A stretch of DNA of 64,000 bases from Escherichia coli (GTDB taxonomy: Bacteria > Pseudomonadota > Gammaproteobacteria > Enterobacterales > Enterobacteriaceae), in assembly GCF_003334385.1 (NCBI RefSeq), contig NZ_QOWN01000015.1; one strand, given 5' to 3'. Of this stretch, positions 23,838-34,590 are shown one piece after another. A model generated the notes under the pieces. That model saw only the letters and a list, made by a program, of their open reading frames with translations. It was not told the DNA's origin and did not search any database. Position 1 is the stretch's first letter. Every line of letters begins with the position of its first letter. Made by a program: the position numbers and the translations under genes.

Positions 23838-24971
23838 GTGAATGACGCTATCCCTCGCCCGCAGGCGAAAACCCGTAAGGCGCTGACGCCGCTATTAGAA
23901 ATCCGCAACCTGACCAAATCCTACGATGGTCAACATGCGGTGGATGATGTCAGCCTGACCATCTACAAAGGTGAAATCTTCGCGCTGCTGGGCGCATCCG
24001 GCTGTGGCAAGTCCACGCTGCTGCGTATGCTGGCAGGTTTCGAACAACCTTCTGCCGGACAGATAATGCTTGATGGCGTCGATTTGTCACAGGTTCCGCC
24101 TTACCTGCGCCCCATCAATATGATGTTTCAGTCTTACGCGCTGTTTCCGCATATGACCGTGGAACAGAACATCGCTTTTGGCCTGAAACAGGACAAACTA
24201 CCGAAAGCGGAAATTGCCAGCCGGGTCAATGAGATGCTCGGCCTGGTGCATATGCAGGAGTTCGCCAAACGCAAACCGCATCAGCTTTCCGGTGGTCAGC
24301 GACAACGTGTGGCCCTGGCCCGAAGCCTTGCGAAGCGCCCGAAACTATTACTGCTCGATGAGCCGATGGGCGCGCTGGATAAAAAGCTGCGTGACCGGAT
24401 GCAGCTTGAAGTGGTGGATATTCTGGAGCGCGTCGGTGTGACTTGTGTGATGGTCACCCACGATCAGGAAGAGGCGATGACCATGGCGGGGCGCATCGCC
24501 ATTATGAATCGTGGGAAATTTGTCCAGATTGGCGAACCGGAAGAGATCTACGAGCATCCGACTACCCGCTATAGCGCCGAATTTATTGGCTCGGTAAACG
24601 TCTTTGAAGGCGTACTCAAAGAGCGTCAGGAAGATGGCCTGGTGCTTGATTCGCCGGGGCTGGTGCATCCACTGAAAGTCGACGCGGATGCCTCGGTGGT
24701 CGATAACGTGCCGGTACATGTGGCGCTGCGCCCGGAAAAAATCATGCTTTGCGAAGAGCCGCCCGCCAATGGTTGTAACTTCGCGGTGGGGGAGGTGATA
24801 CACATTGCCTATCTCGGCGATCTTTCGGTGTATCACGTTCGTCTGAAAAGTGGGCAGATGATTAGCGCCCAGCTACAAAACGCCCATCGTCATCGTAAAG
24901 GGTTACCGACCTGGGGCGACGAAGTGCGTTTGTGCTGGGAAGTGGACAGCTGTGTGGTGCTGACGGTTTAA
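23838..24971 (+). CDS. potG: Putrescine ABC transporter ATPase PotG
   Basis: ORF 23757..24971 trimmed to GTG 23838 (377 aa); Walker A GASGCGKST, LSGGQ signature. Confidence 0.88.
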   Translation: MNDAIPRPQAKTRKALTPLLEIRNLTKSYDGQHAVDDVSLTIYKGEIFALLGASGCGKSTLLRMLAGFEQPSAGQIMLDGVDLSQVPPYLRPINMMFQSYALFPHMTVEQNIAFGLKQDKLPKAEIASRVNEMLGLVHMQEFAKRKPHQLSGGQRQRVALARSLAKRPKLLLLDEPMGALDKKLRDRMQLEVVDILERVGVTCVMVTHDQEEAMTMAGRIAIMNRGKFVQIGEPEEIYEHPTTRYSAEFIGSVNVFEGVLKERQEDGLVLDSPGLVHPLKVDADASVVDNVPVHVALRPEKIMLCEEPPANGCNFAVGEVIHIAYLGDLSVYHVRLKSGQMISAQLQNAHRHRKGLPTWGDEVRLCWEVDSCVVLTV

Positions 24972-24980
24972 GGAGCAAAG

Positions 24981-25934
24981 ATGAGTACACTTGAACCTGC
25001 TGCCCAGTCGAAACCGCCGGGCGGATTTAAGCTGTGGTTGTCGCAGCTGCAAATGAAGCATGGGCGCAAACTGGTCATTGCGTTGCCATATATCTGGTTG
25101 ATCTTGCTGTTTCTGCTGCCATTTCTGATTGTCTTTAAAATAAGCCTGGCGGAGATGGCGCGCGCTATTCCACCTTATACCGAACTGATGGAGTGGGCTG
25201 ACGGGCAACTGTCCATCACTCTTAATCTCGGTAATTTTCTGCAACTGACCGACGATCCGCTCTATTTCGATGCTTATCTCCAGTCGCTACAGGTGGCTGC
25301 GATTTCGACATTTTGCTGTTTACTGATCGGCTATCCGCTGGCGTGGGCGGTGGCGCACAGTAAGCCTTCGACCCGTAATATTTTATTACTACTGGTGATC
25401 CTGCCGTCGTGGACCTCGTTTCTGATCCGCGTTTATGCCTGGATGGGAATATTAAAAAACAACGGTGTGCTGAATAATTTTCTGCTGTGGCTGGGGGTTA
25501 TCGATCAACCGCTGACCATTCTGCATACCAATCTGGCCGTTTATATCGGCATTGTTTACGCTTACGTGCCGTTTATGGTACTGCCGATTTATACCGCGTT
25601 GATTCGTATTGATTATTCGCTGGTGGAAGCAGCGCTGGATCTCGGTGCACGACCGCTGAAAACGTTCTTTACTGTGATCGTGCCGCTGACTAAAGGTGGG
25701 ATTATTGCCGGATCGATGCTGGTGTTTATCCCGGCTGTGGGCGAGTTTGTGATCCCGGAACTGCTCGGTGGCCCGGACAGCATCATGATCGGGCGCGTGC
25801 TATGGCAAGAGTTTTTCAATAACCGCGACTGGCCGGTGGCCTCGGCGGTAGCGATCATCATGTTGCTGCTGCTAATTGTGCCGATAATGTGGTTCCACAA
25901 ACACCAGCAAAAAAGCGTGGGAGAACACGGATGA
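24981..25934 (+). CDS. potH: Putrescine ABC transporter permease PotH
   Basis: ORF 317 aa. Confidence 0.93.
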   Translation: MSTLEPAAQSKPPGGFKLWLSQLQMKHGRKLVIALPYIWLILLFLLPFLIVFKISLAEMARAIPPYTELMEWADGQLSITLNLGNFLQLTDDPLYFDAYLQSLQVAAISTFCCLLIGYPLAWAVAHSKPSTRNILLLLVILPSWTSFLIRVYAWMGILKNNGVLNNFLLWLGVIDQPLTILHTNLAVYIGIVYAYVPFMVLPIYTALIRIDYSLVEAALDLGARPLKTFFTVIVPLTKGGIIAGSMLVFIPAVGEFVIPELLGGPDSIMIGRVLWQEFFNNRDWPVASAVAIIMLLLLIVPIMWFHKHQQKSVGEHG

Positions 25935-26776
25935 ATAATTTACCGGTAGTTCGTTCGCCCTGGCGGATTGTGATTTTGCTGCTGGGCTTTACCTTTCTCT
26001 ACGCGCCAATGCTGATGCTGGTTATCTATTCGTTTAACAGCTCGAAGCTGGTGACGGTGTGGGCCGGCTGGTCAACGCGCTGGTATGGTGAGTTATTGCG
26101 CGATGACGCGATGATGAGTGCGGTTGGTTTAAGTCTGACAATTGCGGCCTGTGCGGCGACGGCGGCGGCGATCCTCGGAACTATTGCGGCGGTGGTGCTG
26201 GTGCGCTTTGGCAGGTTTCGCGGATCAAATGGCTTTGCCTTTATGATCACCGCGCCGCTGGTAATGCCAGATGTCATCACGGGCTTGTCGCTGTTGTTAT
26301 TATTCGTCGCGCTTGCTCATGCCATTGGCTGGCCTGCGGACCGCGGTATGCTCACCATCTGGCTGGCGCATGTCACTTTTTGTACGGCTTATGTGGCGGT
26401 CGTTATTTCTTCAAGATTGCGGGAACTGGATCGCTCGATAGAAGAAGCAGCGATGGATCTCGGTGCGACGCCGCTGAAAGTGTTTTTCGTCATTACGCTA
26501 CCGATGATCATGCCCGCGATCATTTCTGGCTGGTTACTGGCTTTTACTTTGTCGCTTGATGATCTGGTGATCGCCAGCTTTGTTTCCGGGCCGGGAGCCA
26601 CCACGTTACCGATGCTGGTCTTTTCCAGCGTGCGGATGGGGGTGAATCCGGAAATCAACGCCCTGGCAACATTGATCCTCGGCGCGGTCGGAATTGTCGG
26701 ATTTATCGCCTGGTATCTGATGGCTCGCGCAGAAAAACAGCGGATACGCGACATCCAGCGTGCAAGACGTGGCTGA
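25931..26776 (+). CDS. potI: Putrescine ABC transporter permease PotI
   Basis: ORF 25889..26776 trimmed to ATG 25931 (281 aa); ATGA overlap with potH stop. Confidence 0.92.
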   Translation: MNNLPVVRSPWRIVILLLGFTFLYAPMLMLVIYSFNSSKLVTVWAGWSTRWYGELLRDDAMMSAVGLSLTIAACAATAAAILGTIAAVVLVRFGRFRGSNGFAFMITAPLVMPDVITGLSLLLLFVALAHAIGWPADRGMLTIWLAHVTFCTAYVAVVISSRLRELDRSIEEAAMDLGATPLKVFFVITLPMIMPAIISGWLLAFTLSLDDLVIASFVSGPGATTLPMLVFSSVRMGVNPEINALATLILGAVGIVGFIAWYLMARAEKQRIRDIQRARRG

Positions 26777-26835
26777 AGACACTAAAATTTGCCAACCTGG
26801 CTACATAATGCCGCGCATGTCGCGGCATTGTTTTC

Positions 26836-27324
26836 ATGGAAGACGAAACGTTGGGATTTTTTAAGAAAACATCTTCATCTCATGCTCGCCTGAATGTGCC
26901 TGCGCTGGTGCAGGTGGCGGCGCTCGCCATTATTATGATCCGTGGCCTCGACGTGCTGATGATTTTCAATACGCTGGGCGTGCGCGGTATTGGCGAGTTC
27001 ATTCATCGCAGCGTACAAACCTGGAGTTTAACGCTGGTCTTTTTAAGCAGTCTGGTGCTGGTTTTCATTGAGATCTGGTGTGCGTTTTCACTGGTGAAAG
27101 GGCGTCGCTGGGCGCGCTGGCTATATCTGCTGACACAAATCACCGCCGCAAGTTACTTGTGGGCGGCTTCGCTGGGGTACGGTTATCCGGAGCTGTTCAG
27201 CATTCCCGGTGAATCAAAACGTGAAATCTTCCATAGCCTGATGCTGCAGAAGCTGCCGGATATGCTCATCCTGATGCTGCTGTTCGTTCCCTCGACCAGT
27301 CGGCGGTTCTTCCAGTTGCAATAA
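26836..27324 (+). CDS. ybjO: Inner membrane protein YbjO
   Basis: ORF 162 aa, hydrophobic, length matches. Confidence 0.85.
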   Translation: MEDETLGFFKKTSSSHARLNVPALVQVAALAIIMIRGLDVLMIFNTLGVRGIGEFIHRSVQTWSLTLVFLSSLVLVFIEIWCAFSLVKGRRWARWLYLLTQITAASYLWAASLGYGYPELFSIPGESKREIFHSLMLQKLPDMLILMLLFVPSTSRRFFQLQ

Positions 27325-27364
27325 TGTGTATAATCGTCGCCCCTGATGATGTGAAGGTCAATGT

Positions 27365-28492
27365 ATGCAGTGCGCACTTTACGACGCGGGTCGCTGTCGT
27401 TCCTGTCAGTGGATAATGCAGCCGATTCCAGAGCAACTCTCCGCTAAAACCGCCGATCTTAAAAATCTGCTCGCCGACTTTCCGGTTGAGGAATGGTGCG
27501 CGCCGGTGTCAGGCCCGGAACAAGGGTTTCGTAATAAAGCCAAAATGGTGGTGAGTGGTAGCGTTGAAAAACCACTGCTCGGTATGCTGCATCGCGATGG
27601 CACACCAGAAGACCTTTGTGACTGCCCGCTTTATCCTGCCTCATTTGCGCCCGTTTTTGCGGCGCTAAAACCGTTTATCGCCCGAGCGGGGTTAACGCCC
27701 TACAACGTGGCGCGTAAGCGTGGCGAACTGAAATACATTCTGCTGACTGAAAGCCAGAGTGATGGAGGCATGATGCTGCGCTTTGTACTGCGTTCTGATA
27801 CCAAGCTGGCGCAACTGCGTAAGGCGCTGCCGTGGTTACACGAACAACTACCGCAGCTGAAAGTTATTACCGTCAATATTCAGCCGGTACATATGGCGAT
27901 TATGGAAGGGGAGACGGAGATCTACCTGACCGAACAACAGGCACTGGCGGAGCGTTTTAATGACGTACCGCTGTGGATCCGTCCGCAAAGTTTCTTCCAG
28001 ACTAATCCGGCGGTCGCCAGCCAGTTGTACGCCACCGCGCGCGACTGGGTACGACAGCTGCCGGTTAAACATATGTGGGATCTGTTCTGCGGTGTGGGGG
28101 GCTTTGGTTTACACTGCGCGACGCCTGACATGCAGTTAACCGGGATCGAAATTGCATCAGAGGCCATTGCCTGTGCAAAGCAGTCAGCCGCTGAACTGGG
28201 CTTAACGCGTTTGCAATTTCAGGCGCTGGACTCCACTCAGTTTGCCACCGCTCAGGGGGATGTGCCGGAGCTGGTGCTGGTTAACCCGCCGCGCCGCGGC
28301 ATTGGTAAACCGCTGTGTGATTATCTCTCAACGATGGCACCGCGTTTTATCATCTACTCCAGCTGTAACGCCCAAACTATGGCGAAAGATATCCGCGAAC
28401 TGCCTGGGTTTCGTATTGAACGGGTGCAGCTTTTCGATATGTTCCCGCATACCGCGCACTATGAAGTGCTGACGCTGCTGGTGAAGCAATAA
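27365..28492 (+). CDS. rlmC: 23S rRNA (uracil747-C5)-methyltransferase RlmC (RumB)
   Basis: ORF 375 aa; N-terminal Cys cluster, SAM-dependent MTase. Confidence 0.93.
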
Positions 28493-28542
28493 AAAAGCCG
28501 CATGTGCGGCTTCAGATTGCTGACAAAGTGCGCGTTGTTTAT

Positions 28543-28641
<99 letters not shown>

Positions 28642-28690
28642 ATTTTACCTTTGTCATCAGTCTCAAGCCGCGGTTGCGGCTTTCTGAATC

Positions 28691-29422
28691 TTACTGTGGG
28701 AACCACTGGTCACTGATTTTTTGATAAGTACCGTCAGCTTTAATTGCTGCCAGCGCGTTATTCAGTTTTTCCAGCAGGGCTTTGTTATCCGGACGTACAG
28801 CGATGCCCAGGCCGGTGCCAAAATATTGCGGATCGGTCACTTTCTCAGTAGCAACACCAAGTTGTGGATTGGTTTTCAGCCATTCGTTTACCACCGCTGT
28901 GTCACCAAATACCCCATCAATACGACCATTTTTCAGATCGATAAAGGCATTCTGATAACTGTCATAAGAGACAGTTTTCACTTCCGGGTGCTGATCCTGA
29001 ATATATTTCTGGTGCGTAGTACCGTTTTCCATCCCAATACGTTTGCCTTTCAGATCGGCAAACGTTTTGTAGGTATCTTTTTTGGCAATCACGACGGCTG
29101 AGTTTTCATAGTAGGGCGTGGTAAACGATACCTGTTTGCTACGCTCCGGGGTGATATCCATACCGGAGATTACGGCGTCATATTTTCTGAATTTCAGGGA
29201 CGGGATCAGGCTGTCGAACGCGTGATTAGTAAAAGTACATTCTGCCTGCATTTGTTTGCACAAGGCTTTTGCCAGATCGATATCAAAGCCGACAATCTCA
29301 TTATTAGCACCTATAGATTCAAAGGGTGGATAGGTGGCTGAAACGCCAAAATTGATTTTCTCTGCGGCAGAAGCACCGAAAGTAAAGGAAGCAAGTAAAG
29401 CGGCAAGAACTAACTTTTTCAT
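28691..29422 (-). CDS. artJ: Arginine ABC transporter periplasmic binding protein ArtJ
   Basis: ORF 28691..29473 trimmed to ATG (243 aa); paralogue of ArtI. Confidence 0.92.
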   Translation of the reverse strand: MKKLVLAALLASFTFGASAAEKINFGVSATYPPFESIGANNEIVGFDIDLAKALCKQMQAECTFTNHAFDSLIPSLKFRKYDAVISGMDITPERSKQVSFTTPYYENSAVVIAKKDTYKTFADLKGKRIGMENGTTHQKYIQDQHPEVKTVSYDSYQNAFIDLKNGRIDGVFGDTAVVNEWLKTNPQLGVATEKVTDPQYFGTGLGIAVRPDNKALLEKLNNALAAIKADGTYQKISDQWFPQ

Positions 29423-29532
29423 GATGGAACTCCCGTCTGTCAATCTTATGATTTTTGGCCGTGTCTGCGGCATGGGATAACAATGCCATCAAGTGAATTT
29501 ATATGCAATAAACATGATTAAATAATTTAAAT

Positions 29533-29569
29533 GAAATAAAAAAGACGGACAACTTAGTGGGTTGTCCGT
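29533..29569 (-). terminator. Rho-independent terminator between artM and artJ (end of artPIQM transcript)
   Basis: Perfect 10-bp stem GACGGACAAC/GTTGTCCGTC, 7-nt loop; on minus strand followed by TTTTTTATTT. Confidence 0.8.
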
Positions 29570-29594
29570 CTTCATTATAAGAATTTATGCACTA

Positions 29595-29683
29595 TGTAGG
29601 CCGGATAAGGCGTCCCCGCCGCATCCGGCACAGGCACCGTGCTGATGTCTGATGCGACGCTGGCGCGTCTTATCAGACCTACA
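29595..29683. repeat. REP/BIME element: two REP copies in opposite orientation
   Basis: TGTAGGCCGGATAAGGCGTCCCCGCCGCATCCGGCA at 29595-29630 and GATGCGACGCTGGCGCGTCTTATCAGACCTACA at 29651-29683. Confidence 0.85.
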
Positions 29684-29712
29684 AAACCCCCCGGCGAATG
29701 TACGCAGCCACA

Positions 29713-30381
29713 TTAATTTCGCCGTTCGAATGCCAGCGCTTTGCGCTCGATCAGACGCATCATCAGCGTCAGCAGGCCGTTAACGACCAGGTAAATAATC
29801 CCTGCCGCACCGAACACCATTACATCGTAGGTGCGTCCGTACAACAACTGGCTGTATCCCATCACTTCCATCAGCGTAATGGTGTATGCCAGAGAGGTAC
29901 TTTTGAATACCAGCACCACTTCGTTGGAATAAGAAGAGAGCGAGCGTTTAAAGGCATACGGCAGCAGGATCGCCAGCGTATCTTTTTTGCTCATTCCCAG
30001 GGCGCTACAGGACTGCCACTGACCTTCCGGGATCGCACGAATTGCACCGTAAAACAGCTGCGTGGTATACGCCGCACTATTCAGCGACAACGCAATCAGC
30101 GCACATAACCACGGTTCTGACAACAAATGCCACAGTGCCGGATACTCCTGCAAAGTCGGAAACTGGCCCGGCCCGTAATAAATCAGGAAGATCTGCACCA
30201 GCAGCGGCGTACCGGTAAACAGCGTGATATAACCCCGCACCAGCCACACCAGCACCGGCGTTTTCAGCGTCAGGATGATGGTAAAAATCAATGCCAGAAT
30301 CAGTGCCACAATCAGCGAGGCAACGGTTAGCGTCAGGCTGGTGTGTAGCCCTTTCATCAGTTCGGGTAAATACTCAAACAT
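29713..30381 (-). CDS. artM: Arginine ABC transporter permease ArtM
   Basis: ORF 222 aa. Confidence 0.93.
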   Translation of the reverse strand: MFEYLPELMKGLHTSLTLTVASLIVALILALIFTIILTLKTPVLVWLVRGYITLFTGTPLLVQIFLIYYGPGQFPTLQEYPALWHLLSEPWLCALIALSLNSAAYTTQLFYGAIRAIPEGQWQSCSALGMSKKDTLAILLPYAFKRSLSSYSNEVVLVFKSTSLAYTITLMEVMGYSQLLYGRTYDVMVFGAAGIIYLVVNGLLTLMMRLIERKALAFERRN

Positions 30382-31097
30382 TAGCTGGGCCTCCGCTCAA
30401 AACGTGTCGCGCGCAGGTCAATGCGTTTGAGAATGTACTGACTGAGCAGGGTGATCACCAGGTAAATCGCCGCCGCCACAATGTACCAGGTAAATGGTTC
30501 CTGGGTACGAGTAGCGATGCTTTTTGTTTGCAGCATTAAATCATTCACACTAATCAAACTGACCAGCGCGGTATCTTTCAGCAGCACCAGCCACTGGTTA
30601 CCGAGGCCAGGCAGCGCATGACGCCACATCTGCGGCATCACCAGACGGAAAAAGATAGCCGATTTCGACAGCCCCAGCGCCTGACCAGACTCCCACTGAC
30701 CCACCGGCACCGCTTTCAACGCGCCCCGAAGCGTTTGCGAGGCATAGGCGGCATACAGCAGTGACAGAGCGATGACACCACAAAGGAACGGGCTAACGTC
30801 GAAGTCCTCAATGTCCATCTGCACTGGGATCTGCACGAACCCAAGATTGATAGTGAAGCCATCCGAAAGCGTCAGCAGCAGCTGCGAGGAGCCAAAATAG
30901 ATAAACAGCACCACCAGAATTTCTGGCAGGCCACGCAGAATGGTTACCAGCGCTGAACCTGCCCACGCGACAGGACGCCATTTTGCCGACTCCCATACCG
31001 CAAAGAACATCGCCAGCGCCAGCCCGACAATCAATGCACAAACGGCAAGGCCGACGGTCATCCCGGCGGCGCTTGCTAAAGGAAAAAATTCATTCAT
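30381..31097 (-). CDS. artQ: Arginine ABC transporter permease ArtQ
   Basis: ORF 238 aa; 1-nt overlap with artM. Confidence 0.93.
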   Translation of the reverse strand: MNEFFPLASAAGMTVGLAVCALIVGLALAMFFAVWESAKWRPVAWAGSALVTILRGLPEILVVLFIYFGSSQLLLTLSDGFTINLGFVQIPVQMDIEDFDVSPFLCGVIALSLLYAAYASQTLRGALKAVPVGQWESGQALGLSKSAIFFRLVMPQMWRHALPGLGNQWLVLLKDTALVSLISVNDLMLQTKSIATRTQEPFTWYIVAAAIYLVITLLSQYILKRIDLRATRFERRPS

Positions 31098-31103
31098 CAG
31101 GAA

Positions 31104-31835
31104 TTACTTCTGGAACCATTTGTTGTAGATGGTTTCGTAAGTGCCATCTTTCTTCACTTTTTCCAGCGCAGTGTTGAGTTTCTGCTGCAGCTCAGTGTTG
31201 CCCTGACGTACCGCGATGCCGAGGCCAGTGCCGAAGTAATCTTTATCGGTCACTTTGTCGCCCACCGCCGCCAGTTTCGGGTTATCTTTCAGCCACTCAG
31301 TGACCACTGCGGTGTCACCGAAGACGCCGTCGATACGCCCGTTTTGCAGATCCAGTTTTGCGTTCTGGTAGCTGTCATACGGAACGGTAGTGATTTCCGG
31401 GTGCTTATCCATAATGAATTTCTGGTGTGTCGTCCCGTTCTGTACGCCGACTTTTTTGCCTTTCAGCTGATCAACACTGGTGTATTTGCCTTGCTGACCC
31501 ACAAACAGGGCAGAGTTGTCATAGTACGGGGTGGTAAACAGCACCTGCTTTTCACGCTCCGGAGTGATATCCATGCCCGCCATCACGGCTTCTACGCGAC
31601 GGAATTTCAGGCTTGGGATCAGGCTGTCAAACGCCTGGTTAGAGAAAGTGCAGGTTGCATCAATCTCTTTACACAGCGCTTGTGCCAGGTCGACGTCAAA
31701 ACCAACGATCTGGTTGTTTGCATCAATCGATTCAAACGGAGGATAGGAGGCTTCGGTAGCAAAACGAATGGTTTCGGCAGCTGTGGCGGAAAGACTAAAA
31801 CCTGCAATTAACGCGGCAATCAGAACTTTTTTCAT
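31104..31835 (-). CDS. artI: Arginine ABC transporter periplasmic binding protein ArtI
   Basis: ORF 243 aa with signal peptide. Confidence 0.93.
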   Translation of the reverse strand: MKKVLIAALIAGFSLSATAAETIRFATEASYPPFESIDANNQIVGFDVDLAQALCKEIDATCTFSNQAFDSLIPSLKFRRVEAVMAGMDITPEREKQVLFTTPYYDNSALFVGQQGKYTSVDQLKGKKVGVQNGTTHQKFIMDKHPEITTVPYDSYQNAKLDLQNGRIDGVFGDTAVVTEWLKDNPKLAAVGDKVTDKDYFGTGLGIAVRQGNTELQQKLNTALEKVKKDGTYETIYNKWFQK

Positions 31836-31852
31836 TGTTGTTATCCCGAATC

Positions 31853-32581
31853 TTAGTGAGAGAGATAGTTTTTAAATGCTTCGGTTTGCGGCTCGGTAAA
31901 GCAGCTCGCGTCGCCTTGTTCTACGATATGACCATTTTCCATATACACCACTCGGCTGGCGGTTTTACGCGCCACTTCAACTTCGTGGGTGACGATCACC
32001 TGGGTAATATTCGTTTCTGCCAGCTCACGAATGATGCTGACGATTTGTGCCGTAATTTCCGGGTCCAGTGCGGCGGTCGGTTCATCGAACAGCAGTACCT
32101 GCGGTTCCATCATCAACGCACGGGCAATAGCAACACGCTGCTGCTGACCACCAGAAAGATGCAGCGGGTAACGATCGCTATAAGGTTTGAGACGCAGACG
32201 TTCCAGCAGTTTTTCTGCACGGGCCAGCGCCTGATCTTTACTCAACCCCAGTACACGGCAGGGCGCTTCAATCAGGTTTTGCTGCACGGTCAGATGCGGC
32301 CACAGGTTGTATTGCTGAAACACCATGCCAACGTTACGACGCAAATCGCGAATCGCTTTGTCAGAGGGTGTTTTGGTGAAATCGAAATGGTTGCCTACAA
32401 TGTTGAGCGTACCGGAGCGCGGCATCTCAAGCAGATTGAGTACACGCAGCAGCGAGCTTTTACCCGCGCCGCTGGGGCCAAGTAACACCAGCGTTTCGCC
32501 CTGTGGGCAATCCAGCGTGATATCGAACAGCGCCTGATGCGCGCCGTAGAAGCAATTAATGCCGTTTAATTGAATACTCAT
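31853..32581 (-). CDS. artP: Arginine ABC transporter ATPase ArtP
   Basis: ORF 31853..32680 trimmed to ATG (242 aa); Walker [18 protein letters not shown]. Confidence 0.92.
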   Translation of the reverse strand: MSIQLNGINCFYGAHQALFDITLDCPQGETLVLLGPSGAGKSSLLRVLNLLEMPRSGTLNIVGNHFDFTKTPSDKAIRDLRRNVGMVFQQYNLWPHLTVQQNLIEAPCRVLGLSKDQALARAEKLLERLRLKPYSDRYPLHLSGGQQQRVAIARALMMEPQVLLFDEPTAALDPEITAQIVSIIRELAETNITQVIVTHEVEVARKTASRVVYMENGHIVEQGDASCFTEPQTEAFKNYLSH

Positions 32582-32798
32582 TGACACTCGTATACTGGCA
32601 GTCTGATAGCTATTGAGGTCGAAGATAGTACCTTTGACAGAATAATTATGCAATATTTCTGCTTTAAAAGTTAAAAGCAAAGCGCATTATTCAATAAACA
32701 TAGCACAAAATAACGGGGGCGGTGGTCGGCGAGCATAAATGTCGGCATTCCTCACGAAATGCCGGACAATTTACGGGGTTTATTGGTTGATCAAGGCG

Positions 32799-33314
32799 TT
32801 AGCGATTCTCGATGGACTGACGGAGCGTACCCGCCGTGGCATGAACGCTACCGCCTAAGTAACGCACATCGTCGATGACCCAACACTGGCCTTCCTGAAT
32901 CATTAACACTTCATCCTGCCAACCCTGGTCACCCTGTTTGAGATCCACGCGCAATGGAATGTTACGGGCATCACGATTAGGGATAGTCGATGCACTGGCA
33001 ACGTGGGCGCTATCTGGCAAGGTGGTTCGACTGGAGAATGGATCGTTGGTCAGTAGTTCCCGATGGTTATTATCCCGGGAGGCATCGCTAAGCAGTGTCG
33101 CCAGTTTGTCGCTCAGATAAGGGCGCAAGGCGGTGATGTCGTTGCTGCGGTGCAAAATGCGGTAGTCATAAAATTGCTGGGCCACGTTATCCGGGCCTCC
33201 TTCAACGCAAGGACCACTGCGTGTGCCGTTATCTTTATAAGCTGGAGTGACTGTGGTGCAGGCACTGAGGAGCAGTGCGCAGGGGATAAGCATTGTCAAT
33301 TTGCTGTAGCGCAT
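32799..33314 (-). CDS. ybjP: Putative lipoprotein YbjP
   Basis: ORF 171 aa; lipobox LLSAC near N-terminus. Confidence 0.88.
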   Translation of the reverse strand: MRYSKLTMLIPCALLLSACTTVTPAYKDNGTRSGPCVEGGPDNVAQQFYDYRILHRSNDITALRPYLSDKLATLLSDASRDNNHRELLTNDPFSSRTTLPDSAHVASASTIPNRDARNIPLRVDLKQGDQGWQDEVLMIQEGQCWVIDDVRYLGGSVHATAGTLRQSIENR

Positions 33315-33439
33315 AATGATTTCCTTATAAGCGATCGCTCTGAAAGCGTTCTACGATAATAATGATATCCTTTCAATAATAGCGTATCAGTCTGATAATG
33401 CTTTTGAGATCGAAGGCTTAGCAAACAAGGAGATCGATC

Positions 33440-33763
33440 ATGCAATTTTCTACAACCCCAACTCTGGAAGGCCAGACCATCGTTGAATATTGCGGTGTGG
33501 TGACCGGCGAAGCGATTTTAGGTGCCAATATTTTCCGTGATTTCTTTGCCGGTATCCGCGATATCGTTGGCGGACGTTCCGGTGCGTATGAAAAAGAACT
33601 GCGTAAAGCACGGGAGATCGCCTTTGAGGAATTAGGCTCCCAGGCGCGGGCGCTGGGGGCCGATGCCGTCGTCGGTATTGATATCGACTACGAAACGGTC
33701 GGGCAAAACGGCAGTATGCTGATGGTTAGCGTCAGCGGTACGGCGGTGAAAACGCGTCGATGA
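33440..33763 (+). CDS. ybjQ: UPF0145 family protein YbjQ
   Basis: ORF 107 aa; ATGA overlap with amiD. Confidence 0.88.
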
Positions 33764-34590
33764 GAAGATTCTTCTGGCTGGTCGCTGCCGCTCTGTTATT
33801 GGCAGGGTGTGCAGGCGAAAAAGGCATTGTCGAGAAAGAGGGATATCAGCTTGATACCCGACGCCAGGCGCAGGCGGCGTATCCGCGCATTAAAGTGCTG
33901 GTGATCCACTACACCGCAGATGATTTTGATAGCTCGCTGGCGACACTGACCGATAAGCAGGTCAGCTCGCATTATCTGGTCCCTGCGGTACCACCGCGAT
34001 ACAACGGTAAACCGCGCATCTGGCAACTGGTGCCGGAACAAGAACTGGCCTGGCATGCGGGGATTAGCGCCTGGCGCGGGGCAACGCGCCTTAACGACAC
34101 CTCTATTGGCATTGAGCTGGAAAACCGTGGCTGGCAAAAATCGGCCGGAGTGAAATATTTTGCCCCGTTTGAACCGGCACAGATTCAGGCGCTTATTCCA
34201 CTGGCGAAAGATATTATTGCCCGTTATCACATCAAGCCGGAAAACGTAGTGGCACATGCGGATATCGCACCGCAGCGCAAAGACGATCCGGGGCCATTAT
34301 TTCCCTGGCAGCAACTGGCGCAGCAGGGGATTGGTGCCTGGCCGGATGCGCAGCGGGTTAACTTTTACCTTGCCGGGCGCGCGCCGCACACACCGGTAGA
34401 TACCGCGTCATTGCTGGAGCTTTTGGCGCGCTACGGTTATGACGTTAAACCTGATATGACACCGCGCGAGCAGCGGCGCGTGATTATGGCATTCCAGATG
34501 CATTTCCGCCCGACGTTATATAACGGCGAAGCGGATGCAGAAACTCAGGCGATTGCCGAAGCATTGCTGGAGAAATACGGGCAGGATTAG
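33760..34590 (+). CDS. amiD: N-acetylmuramoyl-L-alanine amidase AmiD (lipoprotein)
   Basis: ORF 276 aa; lipobox LLAGC; amidase_2 domain. Confidence 0.92.

Noticed and set aside
28491-28515. Hairpin GCCGCATGTGCGGC directly after the rlmC stop as an intrinsic terminator
   Set aside because: The stem is short with a tight loop and is followed by TTCAGATTG rather than a U-tract. The adjacent REP elements may serve as the 3' end instead; too weak to list as a feature.
31835-32485. 216-aa ORF on the plus strand
   Set aside because: It lies entirely antisense to artP, an ABC ATPase with clear Walker motifs; it has no RBS and no recognisable domain. Typical shadow ORF of a GC-rich coding region.
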